DNA of 64,000 nucleotides from Christensenellaceae bacterium (GTDB taxonomy: Bacteria; Bacillota; Clostridia; Christensenellales; Borkfalkiaceae), in the NCBI GenBank assembly GCA_045658325.1, contig JAZOUX010000015.1, positions 1,194 through 65,193 on the forward strand, given 5' to 3'. The position numbers and the translations under genes are program-made. Under the pieces are notes generated by a model. The model did no database searches, was not told where the DNA came from, and saw nothing but the letters and a program-made list of their open reading frames with translations. This document shows positions 19,771 through 29,613 of the stretch, in pieces (position 1 is the first letter of the stretch; every line of letters starts with the position of its first letter).

Positions 19771-20865
19771 ATGAGTCAAAACGTTAATTTTAAAGAAATT
19801 TTAGCACAGTTTTTAATAAAAGGCGAATTCGTTAGTTGTGAGCCTTACGGGGAAGGTCATATTAACCGTACCTATTTAGCAATTTTTAACCAAGAAGGTA
19901 ACCGTAAACGTTATATTTTACAAAAAATAAACTCTACCCTTTTTAATCCTATTGAAAAACTTATGAGAAATATTGAACTTGTTACCGAGTTTAATAGGGC
20001 TAAAATTATTGAAAGGGGTGGTGACCCTGATAGAGAAAGTTTAACTGTCGTTCGTACGGTTGACGGCAAAACTTTTTTAAAATTAAGTGAAGAAGATTAT
20101 TACCGTGTTTATATTTTTATTGAAAATACCGTTGCTTACCAAACGGTTTCTAACCCACAAGACTTTTATTATAGTGCAATAGCCTTCGGTTCGTTTAACA
20201 ATCTTTTAGCCGAATTCGACGCTTCGCAACTTTATGAAATTTTACCTAATTTCCATAACACTGTAAAAAGATTTAACGACTTTAAAATTGCCGTTAAAAA
20301 CGATACTTTTAACCGTGCAAAAGACTGTCAAAAAGAAATTGACTTTATTATGGAAAGGGCTCATTACTACTCTAAAATAGTAGATATGTTAGCAAGTGGC
20401 GAAATGCCTTTAAAAGTTACGCATAACGATACAAAACTTAACAACGTTCTTTTAGACGATAAAACGGGCGAACCGGTTGCCGTTATTGACCTTGATACAA
20501 TTATGCCTGGCTCAATTTGTTACGACTTTGGCGACAGCATAAGATTTGGTTGTAACCCTTGCGCTGAAGACGAAAAAGATTTATCTAAGGTTAATTTTAG
20601 ATTTGACTTATATGAAAAATATCTTGACGGCTTTTTAACTGCTCTTGGTGATAGAATTACTAAGGTTGAAAAAGACAATTTAGCCCTTGGCTCAATTTTA
20701 ATGACTATTGAGTGTGGTATGAGATTTTTAACAGACTATTTACAAGGCGATACATACTTTAGAACTCACCGTCAAGGTCAAAACTTAGATAGATGTAGAA
20801 CTCAACTTAAACTAGTTAGCGATATGGAAAAAGTTTTAGACAAAATGAACGCTTTAGTTAAATAA
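19771..20865 (+). CDS. APH-fold sugar kinase resembling N-acetylhexosamine 1-kinase (NahK/LnpB)
   Basis: EPYGEGHINRTY, RYILQKIN, LMRNIELVT, FDASQL, VTHNDTKLNNVLLD, IDLDTIMPGS, DFGDSIRFG and ECGMRFLTDYLQGDTYF match my recollection of NahK-type kinases. Confidence 0.6.
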   Translation: MSQNVNFKEILAQFLIKGEFVSCEPYGEGHINRTYLAIFNQEGNRKRYILQKINSTLFNPIEKLMRNIELVTEFNRAKIIERGGDPDRESLTVVRTVDGKTFLKLSEEDYYRVYIFIENTVAYQTVSNPQDFYYSAIAFGSFNNLLAEFDASQLYEILPNFHNTVKRFNDFKIAVKNDTFNRAKDCQKEIDFIMERAHYYSKIVDMLASGEMPLKVTHNDTKLNNVLLDDKTGEPVAVIDLDTIMPGSICYDFGDSIRFGCNPCAEDEKDLSKVNFRFDLYEKYLDGFLTALGDRITKVEKDNLALGSILMTIECGMRFLTDYLQGDTYFRTHRQGQNLDRCRTQLKLVSDMEKVLDKMNALVK

Positions 20866-20943
20866 CCTTTAGTTGTATAAATTAAAAACAACTTTTATCG
20901 GTTGTTGTTAGTGATTTTTAAGACATTATTAAAGATTAACGTG

Positions 20944-20990
20944 TTAGTGCGTCAGTAATAAAAATTATTACTGACGCACTAATTGTTTTT
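20944..20990. terminator. bidirectional terminator
   Basis: Perfect 17-bp inverted repeat TTAGTGCGTCAGTAATA/TATTACTGACGCACTAA followed by a T-rich run. Confidence 0.7.
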
Positions 20991-21012
20991 ATTTATCGAG
21001 ATTATATCGCCT

Positions 21013-21276
21013 TTAATTAGGGCGTTTTTTTAAATTACTGTATTTGCTTTTTGTGGCTAATCCACCACGAATATGCCTTTCTTGTAAATTGATTTGTAAA
21101 ATATCTTTTACTTTGTAATATAATTCAAGGTTTATATCTTTAAGTCTAACTACCATATCTTTATGTACCGTTGATTTACCAACACCAAACACTTTTGCCG
21201 TGCTTCTTACCGTTGCCTTATGCTGTAAAATATATTCGGCTTCTAAAACAATTCTTCGTTTAAGATAATTATACAC
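21013..21276 (-). CDS. spoIIID: sporulation transcriptional regulator SpoIIID
   Basis: 87 aa. ATVRSTAKVFGVGKSTVHKD HTH and ERHIRGG motifs are characteristic of SpoIIID. Confidence 0.85.
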   Translation of the reverse strand: MYNYLKRRIVLEAEYILQHKATVRSTAKVFGVGKSTVHKDMVVRLKDINLELYYKVKDILQINLQERHIRGGLATKSKYSNLKKRPN

Positions 21277-21322
21277 TTTTATTCCCCTTTCTATATTGTA
21301 TGAAAGGGGTTTTAAATATATT

Positions 21323-22147
21323 CTAACTAAGTTTAACTAATTGATTTTTAAAAAAGGCTTTTTGTTTATTCTTTTTACGCTTACCTAAAAAATATACGTT
21401 TAAGTTCATACCACTAATTAACGCCTTCATTAAAATATATAGCCACATTAAAAATATTACTATAACTGAAATTGCTCCGTAAATTTTGCTAAAATTTGCA
21501 AAATAATTTATATAAATAAAAAAACCTACCGTCATTATAATTGAAAATACGCAAGTATATACCGAGCCGATTAAAACGTCTTTAACCCTAACTTTATAAG
21601 GACAAGCGTATACGTTTAACATAATTATAAAAACTAAAAAACTTAAAATAAACGCGCTATAATTTATCGTTTTTCCTAGTACTTGACCAAAAAAGCCATA
21701 CGAATATTTACTTATAAAAAAGTAAAGTCCGTAAAAAAGGGCAAAAGCAAACAAAAATAAAGTCATAATTCCTAGCGACGCTACCCTAACCAACATATTA
21801 TTTTTACCTAAATAGTTGTAAACTATTTCCCCCGTACGTCGTAGATGGTAAAAAAAGTTGGTTGCCGAGTAGGTTGAAATTAAAACGGCTATAATATTAC
21901 CACTAGTACCTAAATTTTTAGCAATTTCAAAAACGTAGTCTATAACTTGCTTGATATCTAGTGAAATTTCACCTAAAAACGAACTGTCTATTTTAGTGCC
22001 GAAAGCCGATAAAGTTAAGGTCGTTAAATAGGCAAGTGGGACCATTTCAAGCAAGGCAAAATATACTAGTGCTCCAGCGAGAGTTGAACTTTTTTTTGAG
22101 TTTATTATTTTATTATACGAAAAAAGACTATAAAAAAAATTGCCCAT
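21323..22147 (-). CDS. YihY/BrkB-family membrane protein
   Basis: 274 aa with ~6 TM segments. The N-terminal pattern (AGALVYFALLEMVPL) is typical of the YihY family. Confidence 0.5.
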   Translation of the reverse strand: MGNFFYSLFSYNKIINSKKSSTLAGALVYFALLEMVPLAYLTTLTLSAFGTKIDSSFLGEISLDIKQVIDYVFEIAKNLGTSGNIIAVLISTYSATNFFYHLRRTGEIVYNYLGKNNMLVRVASLGIMTLFLFAFALFYGLYFFISKYSYGFFGQVLGKTINYSAFILSFLVFIIMLNVYACPYKVRVKDVLIGSVYTCVFSIIMTVGFFIYINYFANFSKIYGAISVIVIFLMWLYILMKALISGMNLNVYFLGKRKKNKQKAFFKNQLVKLS

Positions 22148-22197
22148 ACGTTAAGTATAAGCAAATTTTTTATTTGTTAAACGGTATAAAGTAAACT

Positions 22198-22860
22198 TTA
22201 TAAAACTCTTACGCCGTTTATTAATAAACCGTATTTATAGCCTAATAATTCGGCAGCCTTTTCGCACATAAGCATTCTCGTGTGATATATTTCAAAATAG
22301 TCGGCAACCGAGCATAAAGTTAAGTCAGTTTCAATAACGGTATCAATACGCTTTTTCTTAGCGTCGACTTTAACGTACGAACTGTTTACAGCCAAATTAA
22401 CCCTATCGTGAATATTCATATCTCCGTAAATAACTTTATGAGTTACCCTTGATTTGTGAACGTCGCTTTTATCAGCAATAATAAGAGCAGAACAAATTGG
22501 GCTTACGGGTATACCGTGCTTTTCATCGTGATTACCTATTGCCATCATAACTTCGGCGGCATCAGCATAACTCATACCTCTATCAACTAAAAGCCTATAA
22601 GCAAGTAACGCCCCTGATGACGCGTGATTATGCCTTGCTAAGGCATTGCCTATATCGTGTAAATAACCTGCTATTTCACCAAGCCAAATACTTCTTTCGT
22701 CTAAACCTATTTCTTTTAAAATCATACTAGTCCAAGAAGCGACAATGCTACAATGCCTTTGCGAGTGCTCGGTAAAATTGAGCGCGTCAATTTGTTTTTC
22801 GCACGTTTCCATTATCGCTTGAATTTCTTGGTCTTTTTTTAAGTCTTTTATAGTTATCAT
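22198..22860 (-). CDS. HD-domain phosphohydrolase
   Basis: H...HD motif (GYLHDIGN) plus downstream His/Asp residues, 220 aa. Confidence 0.6.
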   Translation of the reverse strand: MITIKDLKKDQEIQAIMETCEKQIDALNFTEHSQRHCSIVASWTSMILKEIGLDERSIWLGEIAGYLHDIGNALARHNHASSGALLAYRLLVDRGMSYADAAEVMMAIGNHDEKHGIPVSPICSALIIADKSDVHKSRVTHKVIYGDMNIHDRVNLAVNSSYVKVDAKKKRIDTVIETDLTLCSVADYFEIYHTRMLMCEKAAELLGYKYGLLINGVRVL

Positions 22861-22870
22861 TTTGCCCCTA

Positions 22871-23794
22871 TTATATTTTTACAGTATATATTTTGCTATA
22901 AATTTCTTCGTACTTATCTCGATAAAAAAGGTTTGTTCCCGGCGTTGTAATTGAAGCCGTACCAGCGGCAACTGCCGAGCGAAGAATTTCTTGATATTCG
23001 GCACCCTTTTCAGTCGCAACGCTTACCGCTGCTACCATACTGTCGCCAGCACCTACCGTAGAGTTTACTGCTACGCTTGCGCTTTTGCAAAAATACGCTT
23101 GACTGCCGTTAGTTAAAATTGCACCTTCTCGACCTAACGATAAAAGAACGTTTTCAGCCCCCTTATCTATAAGATAATTACAGCCTTGCAAATATTCTTT
23201 TATAGTATCTAATTTTTTGCCTACGGTATTTTCAAGTTCAACTAAATTAGGTTTTGCTAAATACACCCCACGGCTTATTGCCGATAAAAGTTTTTGACCT
23301 TCTGTATCTACTATAATTTTAGCGTTTTTGTTTACGCTATCAACAAGTTCGCCGTAATAACCGTCGTCAACCCCTTCGGGTAACGAGCCACTAATTACTA
23401 CTACGGAAGCGTTTGTTGAAAGGTTATTAATTAAACTTAAAAGTTCTTTTTGTTTAGACCTTTCAACAGTTTCGCCTTTATCGTTAATTTCAGTTAGCAT
23501 AGACTTGTTGTCTACTATTTTATAGTTTATTCTAACACTACCCTTGCTCCATACAAAAGTATGTTTTATCCCTTCGTTATCCAAAGTTTGTTGAAAAAGA
23601 CTACCGTTACCGTCGTACATAAAACCCGTAGCAAAACTATCTAAACCCAGCCTACGAACGCCAATAGCCGTATTTAACGCCTTGCCAGAATACGTTAATA
23701 TTTTATTATTTACCCTATTTAGTCTACCAACGTTTAACTGTTCTAATTCAACGGTACAGTCAATACTTGGATTGGGACATACGCTTAATATCAT
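22871..23794 (-). CDS. PfkB-family sugar-phosphate kinase (1-phosphofructokinase / tagatose-6-P kinase type)
   Basis: N-terminal NPSIDCT and C-terminal GAGDSMVAA motifs, 307 aa. Confidence 0.7.
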   Translation of the reverse strand: MILSVCPNPSIDCTVELEQLNVGRLNRVNNKILTYSGKALNTAIGVRRLGLDSFATGFMYDGNGSLFQQTLDNEGIKHTFVWSKGSVRINYKIVDNKSMLTEINDKGETVERSKQKELLSLINNLSTNASVVVISGSLPEGVDDGYYGELVDSVNKNAKIIVDTEGQKLLSAISRGVYLAKPNLVELENTVGKKLDTIKEYLQGCNYLIDKGAENVLLSLGREGAILTNGSQAYFCKSASVAVNSTVGAGDSMVAAVSVATEKGAEYQEILRSAVAAGTASITTPGTNLFYRDKYEEIYSKIYTVKI

Positions 23795-23808
23795 TTTTAA
23801 TTATACCC

Positions 23809-25851
23809 TTAATCGTTTAATTTTGCTTGTTCAACAATTTTTGCCGTTTGGTCAAAAGGAACTTCTTCATAACGAACGAATTCCGCCGAGAAAAAGCCTT
23901 TTGCTTGAGTTAGACTTCTTAAATCTTGTGCGTATTCTAAAATTTCAATTTCTGGCACTTCACAAGTAACTATACATTTATCTTCAACTTGTTCAGTACC
24001 TAAAATTCTACCCCTACGTTTATTAATATCACCCATTATATCGCCTAAGTAACTGTCTGGAACGACTACTTTTACTAGATATATAGGCTCTAAAATAACT
24101 GGTTTAGCATTTTTAATACCTTGTTCGTACGCTAATTTAGCGGCTGAAATATACGCTACTTCTTTACTGTCAACCGGGTGTGAAGAACCGTCGTGAAGTG
24201 TTGCTTTTAAGTTAATAAGTGGATAGCCTGCTAAAACACCATGGTTAATTGCTTCCCTTAAACCTTTATCAACGGCTGGTATAAATTGTTTTGGAACTAC
24301 GCCACCGACTACGGCATCAACGAATTCATAGTAACCGTCGCTTGCGCCTGGCTCAAAAGTAATAACTGCGTGGCCGTATTGACCTGCGCCACCCGATTGT
24401 TTTTTGTGCTTGCCTTCGCCTTCGGCTTTTTGTAATATAGTTTCTTTATAAGCAATTTTTGGTGCTTTTAACACTACTTCTACACCAAATTTGTTTTTAA
24501 GTTTTTTAGAAAGAACGCTTAATTGAGTAGTGCCTAAGCCCGAAATAATCATTTCGCCCGTTTCTTTATTTTTTTCAACCGAGAAAGAAATATCTTCATC
24601 AGCAAGTTTGTTTAAACCAGCAAAAATCTTATCTTCTTCACCCTTTTTGAGAGCGTAAACAGCCCTTTTGTACATAGGCGACGGAACGTTAAACTTTTTA
24701 AATTCAGTAGGCGTTTTTTCGTATAAAGTATCGCCCGTTTTAACGTTATCAAGTTTTGAAAGCGCCCCAATATCTCCGGCAATTAAACTGTCGACTGCTT
24801 CTTGCTTTTTACCTTTTACCGTATAAATTGCCGAAATCTTTTCGTCACCGTCTTTATCGTATATTTTTAACGTTTGACCTTGTTTTAAAACGCCCGAAAT
24901 AACTTTTACATAATGAAGTTTACCCATATATGGGTCTACAACCGTTTTAAATACCCTTAAAATAGTTTCGCCGTTAATATCAGTTTCAACGGCAACCTTT
25001 TCACCGTTTTGTAATGCTTTTTGGTGACCTGCGTCAATAGGACTAGGAAGCGTTGATATAATTTTATCCATTAAATTGAATATACCGTGGTTTTTAAACG
25101 CACTACCACCTAAAACGGTAATAGTTGAACAAGTGGCGATACCCATTTTAACGCCCCTTTCAATTTCTTCTGGAGTAAGCGTGCCTTCACTAAAATATTT
25201 ATCTAACAATTCTTCGTCGTTTTCTGCAGCCGCTTCCATAACTGATAAATGAGCGTCTTCAAAAGCCGATTGAAGATAATCTGGTACCGGACTTTCGTTC
25301 CTTTCCCAATCTCTTAATACGCCAAACGCAACTTTAACAAAACCTTTCATTTTGCCATCTACCATATTAGGTATTATCATTGGCGCAATTTTATGACCGT
25401 ATTTTTCTTTAATAGCGTCAACCGTTTTAATAAAGTCAGAATTATCTTTATCTAAACCGTTTAAGAATAATATTGCTGGAATTTGATGTTCTACGCAATA
25501 ATCAATAGCCTTTTCAGTACCTACCGTTAACGAGCCGTTTGCACCCGATACGATAATAGCCGAGTCGCTTACGGCAAGCGCTTGAGCCATTTCACACTCA
25601 AAGTCGTAATAACCTGGTACGTCTATTAAGTTAAACTTGTAGCCTTTATATTCACAATTTGCGATTGCTAAGCCGATAGAAGATTTTTTTGCTATTTCTT
25701 CAGCATCAAAGTCCATACAAGTGTTTCCGTCTTCTACTTTACCTTGCCTATCAATAGCGCCACAATTAAAAAGAATCGCTTCGCAAAGAGTAGTTTTGCC
25801 TTCACCACTGTGCCCAATTATTGCTACGTTTCTAATTTTGTTTGAATCCAT
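23809..25851 (-). CDS. elongation factor G-family GTPase (EF-G paralog)
   Basis: G1 motif AIIGHSGEGKTT, DVPGYYDF, five-domain length of 680 aa. Not in a str-operon context, so probably the second EF-G-like paralog. Confidence 0.75.
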   Translation of the reverse strand: MDSNKIRNVAIIGHSGEGKTTLCEAILFNCGAIDRQGKVEDGNTCMDFDAEEIAKKSSIGLAIANCEYKGYKFNLIDVPGYYDFECEMAQALAVSDSAIIVSGANGSLTVGTEKAIDYCVEHQIPAILFLNGLDKDNSDFIKTVDAIKEKYGHKIAPMIIPNMVDGKMKGFVKVAFGVLRDWERNESPVPDYLQSAFEDAHLSVMEAAAENDEELLDKYFSEGTLTPEEIERGVKMGIATCSTITVLGGSAFKNHGIFNLMDKIISTLPSPIDAGHQKALQNGEKVAVETDINGETILRVFKTVVDPYMGKLHYVKVISGVLKQGQTLKIYDKDGDEKISAIYTVKGKKQEAVDSLIAGDIGALSKLDNVKTGDTLYEKTPTEFKKFNVPSPMYKRAVYALKKGEEDKIFAGLNKLADEDISFSVEKNKETGEMIISGLGTTQLSVLSKKLKNKFGVEVVLKAPKIAYKETILQKAEGEGKHKKQSGGAGQYGHAVITFEPGASDGYYEFVDAVVGGVVPKQFIPAVDKGLREAINHGVLAGYPLINLKATLHDGSSHPVDSKEVAYISAAKLAYEQGIKNAKPVILEPIYLVKVVVPDSYLGDIMGDINKRRGRILGTEQVEDKCIVTCEVPEIEILEYAQDLRSLTQAKGFFSAEFVRYEEVPFDQTAKIVEQAKLND

Positions 25852-26014
25852 AATCTTTTACCTTCCATATATTTTTTACAACGTTCTACTAACGTATATA
25901 TTAATTATACACCACGTCTTGGCTTTTTTCAATAGGCGCTTTATTTTTTTGTAATATTTTTATATATAAACGACAAAAACCCAAATAAAACAACCTTTTA
26001 TTTGGGTTTTACAT

Positions 26015-27493
26015 TTAAAATAAAATGCAAATAACTCTACCTTTACCGTCGTTAACTATTTTAGTAACCGTTCTTCTCATTTTATTTTTCGTTTCGTTTT
26101 TCATTGAATTTATTTTATATATTATTTCTTCGTTTACAAGTGTTGACAACTTTTTGCCAAATACGTTAGTATTCCAAACTTTTTCTGGGTTTTCTTCATA
26201 CTCGCTTTTAATAAATTCAGCAAACTCAGTACATTGCTCGCGAGTCCCAGATATTGGTGTAACTTCAGCATCTAAATTGATTTTTATAAAGTGCATACAG
26301 TCGGTTGTTGCTTTAATTTTAACGCCGTATCTATTGCCTTGTCTAACTATTTCTGGGTTTTGAAGCGTCATATCTTTATCGCTAGGAACGACTATACCAT
26401 AACCACTTTCGTAAACTTCGTTTAAAGCGTTTTTAGTCTTTTCATAACTGCGTTTTGCTTCTTGCAACTCTTTTACGAATTTCATAAGCGAAAACTCATC
26501 AACTATTTCTTCGCCCGATAAATCGGTTAAAAGTTCGTAAAACAATCTATTATCAACGTCTACTTTATACTCGATTTTACCTTCACCTAAAATACAAACG
26601 CTTTCAACGTTGTCTTTTACGCCGTCAATTTCTTTTAAAGCGTCTTCAATTAATTTATAATGCTTCATGCAAATTACGGCTGAAGAAACTTCTTTTACCT
26701 TTTCGCAAACGCTACTAATAAGTTTACTGTCGGGCGGTAAAATTTGTATCCATTTTGGAAGTGAAATATCAAAGCACTTCATAGGGAATTCTAAAAGCAA
26801 GTTTGATAAAATTTCAGTTAATTCTTCTTCGTTAGTCTCTAAAACGTTAATAGCAATAACTTTTACGCCGTACTTTAAAGTTAAACTTTCGGCTAACTCT
26901 TTCGCGCTTTTAGACGACGGCTGTTTACAGTTTAAAACTATAATAAACGGTTTACCACTTTGGCGCATTTCGTTTACTACCCTTTCTTCCGCTTTTAAAT
27001 AGTTTTCTCTAGGAATATCAACGATAGAGCCGTCAGTCGTTACGACTACGCCAATAGTAGAGTGTTCTTTTATAACCTTTTCCGTGCCGATTTCAGCGGC
27101 TTTTTCAAACGCAATAGGCTGATTATTCCACGGCGTTTTTACAAGCCTATCTTTGCCGTCTTCTTTGTCGCCGATTGCACCGTCGACTAAATATCCAACG
27201 CAGTCAATTAATCTTACTTTTGCTTGGCTTTTACCTTTTAAAGATATTTTAACGCTTTCGCCCGGCACGAATTTCGGCTCGGTAGTAGTTATAGTTTTAC
27301 CTTCACCCGATTGTGGCATTTCGTCAATAGCAATTTGCCTTTTGTTTTTAGAAGAAATATTCGGCGTTACGATATATTCCATAAATTTATTAATAAAGGT
27401 AGATTTGCCGGTTCTAACTGGGCCTACTACGCCTATATATAAATCACCGTCCGTTCTTTTAGCGATATCTCTATAAATATCAAACTTATCCAT
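26015..27493 (-). CDS. spoIVA: stage IV sporulation protein A
   Basis: MDKFDIYRDIAKRT...GVVGPVRTGKSTF Walker A. 492 aa from ATG 27493, with a GGGAGG SD 7 nt upstream. The ORF-track start at 27511 is probably too long. Confidence 0.85.
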   Translation of the reverse strand: MDKFDIYRDIAKRTDGDLYIGVVGPVRTGKSTFINKFMEYIVTPNISSKNKRQIAIDEMPQSGEGKTITTTEPKFVPGESVKISLKGKSQAKVRLIDCVGYLVDGAIGDKEDGKDRLVKTPWNNQPIAFEKAAEIGTEKVIKEHSTIGVVVTTDGSIVDIPRENYLKAEERVVNEMRQSGKPFIIVLNCKQPSSKSAKELAESLTLKYGVKVIAINVLETNEEELTEILSNLLLEFPMKCFDISLPKWIQILPPDSKLISSVCEKVKEVSSAVICMKHYKLIEDALKEIDGVKDNVESVCILGEGKIEYKVDVDNRLFYELLTDLSGEEIVDEFSLMKFVKELQEAKRSYEKTKNALNEVYESGYGIVVPSDKDMTLQNPEIVRQGNRYGVKIKATTDCMHFIKINLDAEVTPISGTREQCTEFAEFIKSEYEENPEKVWNTNVFGKKLSTLVNEEIIYKINSMKNETKNKMRRTVTKIVNDGKGRVICILF

Positions 27494-27547
27494 TAAAAAA
27501 CCTCCCAACACACTAATGTATATGAGAGGTTTAATTGTATTATGATT

Positions 27548-28297
27548 TTATTTTGACTTTTTTTTGTATTTCATTTCTTTTAACATTTGAAGCCAATTAG
27601 TTGGGTGTTCTTCACCCATAAGCATACGCTTTATATTTTGCCTGTGAGCAAACCAAGATAAAAAGATAATTCCTATTACGAATAAATTTGCTATAAACGT
27701 TAAAGTCGTTTGAAAAGACGAATTAAGACCTGCAACAAGTTGTGCTTGCGCTTGCATATATTCTTGATATATAGAATAACAAGCGAAAAACGCGCCTGGA
27801 GTAGTTGCAATAAACGAGCCCATAGCACCTATTTCTGTTATTAATATAAAGACAATTGCTAAAACGCCACTAATTAAACCGACTAACGGATTACATACGA
27901 AAAACACGCCTATCGTAGTTGCAATACCTTTACCCCCTTTAAACTTCAAAAGAACAGGGAATATATGCCCTAATACGGCAAAAAATCCACACATTACTTT
28001 GCTGAAAACAGGAACGGGAATTGCCGTACCTTCAAAAAAGTAATTTTGGTATAATATAAAGCCTAAAAAAGTTGGAATAGCACCCTTTAACATATCGAGC
28101 AATAAAGTTAAAAGTCCTATTTTTAAGCCGAAATTTCTACTCATATTTAAGGTGCCGGGGTTACCACTACCCATAGTACGAATATCTTGCTTTTTAAGTT
28201 TTGATATTATAATAGCAAAATTTATATTGCCCATAAAGTATGAAAAAATTGCAAGCAATAAAAACTGCCACCATAAAGTAGAAAACGATAATATCAT
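27548..28297 (-). CDS. plsY: glycerol-3-phosphate acyltransferase PlsY
   Basis: GSGNPGTLN, GGKGIAT and HRQNIKR motifs. Overlaps the der stop by 4 nt. Confidence 0.8.
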   Translation of the reverse strand: MILSFSTLWWQFLLLAIFSYFMGNINFAIIISKLKKQDIRTMGSGNPGTLNMSRNFGLKIGLLTLLLDMLKGAIPTFLGFILYQNYFFEGTAIPVPVFSKVMCGFFAVLGHIFPVLLKFKGGKGIATTIGVFFVCNPLVGLISGVLAIVFILITEIGAMGSFIATTPGAFFACYSIYQEYMQAQAQLVAGLNSSFQTTLTFIANLFVIGIIFLSWFAHRQNIKRMLMGEEHPTNWLQMLKEMKYKKKSK

Positions 28298-29613
28298 AAT
28301 TTATCTTCTTCCTTTTCTCTAACTATAAGTTTTATAGGCGTACCTTCAAAATCAATAGCGTTTCTTAAAGTATTTTCTAAATACCTTTTATAACTAAAAT
28401 GCATAAGGTCTGCACTGTTTACGAACATTACGAAAGTAGGCGGTAAAACGCCGTCTTGAACGGTGTAATAAATTTTAAGCCTTCTACCGTTTTTAGTAGG
28501 TGGCTCGCTAATTCTTATAGCATCGCCAAGCAAGTCGTTTAAAGTACCGGTAGAAATTCTTTTTCTAGCGTTTTCTAAAATTTGGTCAGCCATTGTGAAA
28601 AGTTTTTCAGCCCTTAATCCCGTTTTTGCAGAAATGAATATACATTTATAATAACTCATAAACGCTAAGTCGCTATCTAACTTTTTTTTGTATTTTTCAA
28701 TGGTATACGCGTCCTTTTCGACAGCATCCCACTTATTCATAATTATAAGCGACGGCTTGCCTTGTTCGTGAACGTAACCTAAAATTTTAACGTCTTGTTC
28801 AGTTAAACCTTCGGTACTGTCGATAACAACGAAGCAAATATCTGCCCTACGAATTGCACCTAAAGCCCTAACTACGCTGTAATATTCAATATCTTCGTTT
28901 ACGGCGTTTTTCTTTCTAATACCAGCCGTATCAATTATAGTATACTTTTTATCTTTATATTCTAAATGCGTGTCAATTGCGTCTCTCGTAGTACCACTTA
29001 TTGCTGAAACGATAGTTCTATCATATCCTAAAAGCCTATTAGTTAAACTTGATTTACCAGCGTTTGGTTTGCCTACTATTGCTATTTTAGTGTATTCACT
29101 TTCGTCTTCAGTTACGACTGTGTCAAAGCGTGAACAAATTTCATCTAATAAATCGCCTATGCCTTTACCTTGCTCGCAAGAAATACCAAACGGCTCGCCT
29201 AAACCAAGTTCGTAATAATCGAATAATTGCGACATATCGAAATTGTCTAACTTATTAACGGCTAAAACTACCGGTTTATTTGAACGGCGAAGCATTGTTG
29301 CTACGTCGATATCCGAAGCGGTAATTCCCGTTTTTACGTCGCATATAAACAAAATTACGTCAGCCATATCTATGGCTATTTCGGCTTGCTTTTTAATGTG
29401 TACCCACATTTCGTCAGTTGATTTTAATTCGATACCACCCGTGTCTATAAGGGTAAACGCCTTGCCACACCACTCGGCATCACAATAAATTCTATCACGC
29501 GTAACGCCTGGCTTATTTTCTACTATTGAAATCTTTTTGCCCGTTACTTTATTAAAAAAAGTGCTTTTGCCTACGTTAGGTCTACCAACTACGGCAACTA
29601 ATGGTTTACTCAT
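28294..29613 (-). CDS. der: ribosome-associated GTPase Der (EngA)
   Basis: Two tandem GTPase domains (GRPNVGKST and GKPNAGKSS) plus a KH-like C-terminus. Confidence 0.9.
   Translation of the reverse strand: MSKPLVAVVGRPNVGKSTFFNKVTGKKISIVENKPGVTRDRIYCDAEWCGKAFTLIDTGGIELKSTDEMWVHIKKQAEIAIDMADVILFICDVKTGITASDIDVATMLRRSNKPVVLAVNKLDNFDMSQLFDYYELGLGEPFGISCEQGKGIGDLLDEICSRFDTVVTEDESEYTKIAIVGKPNAGKSSLTNRLLGYDRTIVSAISGTTRDAIDTHLEYKDKKYTIIDTAGIRKKNAVNEDIEYYSVVRALGAIRRADICFVVIDSTEGLTEQDVKILGYVHEQGKPSLIIMNKWDAVEKDAYTIEKYKKKLDSDLAFMSYYKCIFISAKTGLRAEKLFTMADQILENARKRISTGTLNDLLGDAIRISEPPTKNGRRLKIYYTVQDGVLPPTFVMFVNSADLMHFSYKRYLENTLRNAIDFEGTPIKLIVREKEEDKL

Noticed and set aside
23809-25851. EF-G-like gene as a possible Tet(M)/Tet(O)-type ribosomal protection (resistance) gene
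   Set aside because: The length (680 aa) and N-terminal motifs (GKVEDGNT.MDFD) fit the EF-G paralog class common in Clostridia rather than the ~640-aa RPP family, and there is no mobile-element context.
26025-27476. Three ~110-aa plus-strand ORFs antisense to spoIVA, and similar antisense ORFs at 770-1048, 4263-4634, 7135-8370, 14371-14682, 33471-33797, 34322-34663, 37143-37623, 46772-47188, 50263-50854, 51411-51659 and 61042-61314
   Set aside because: All are embedded antisense in long ORFs with strong family motifs, lack SD sequences, and give low-complexity translations typical of AT-rich antisense frames.
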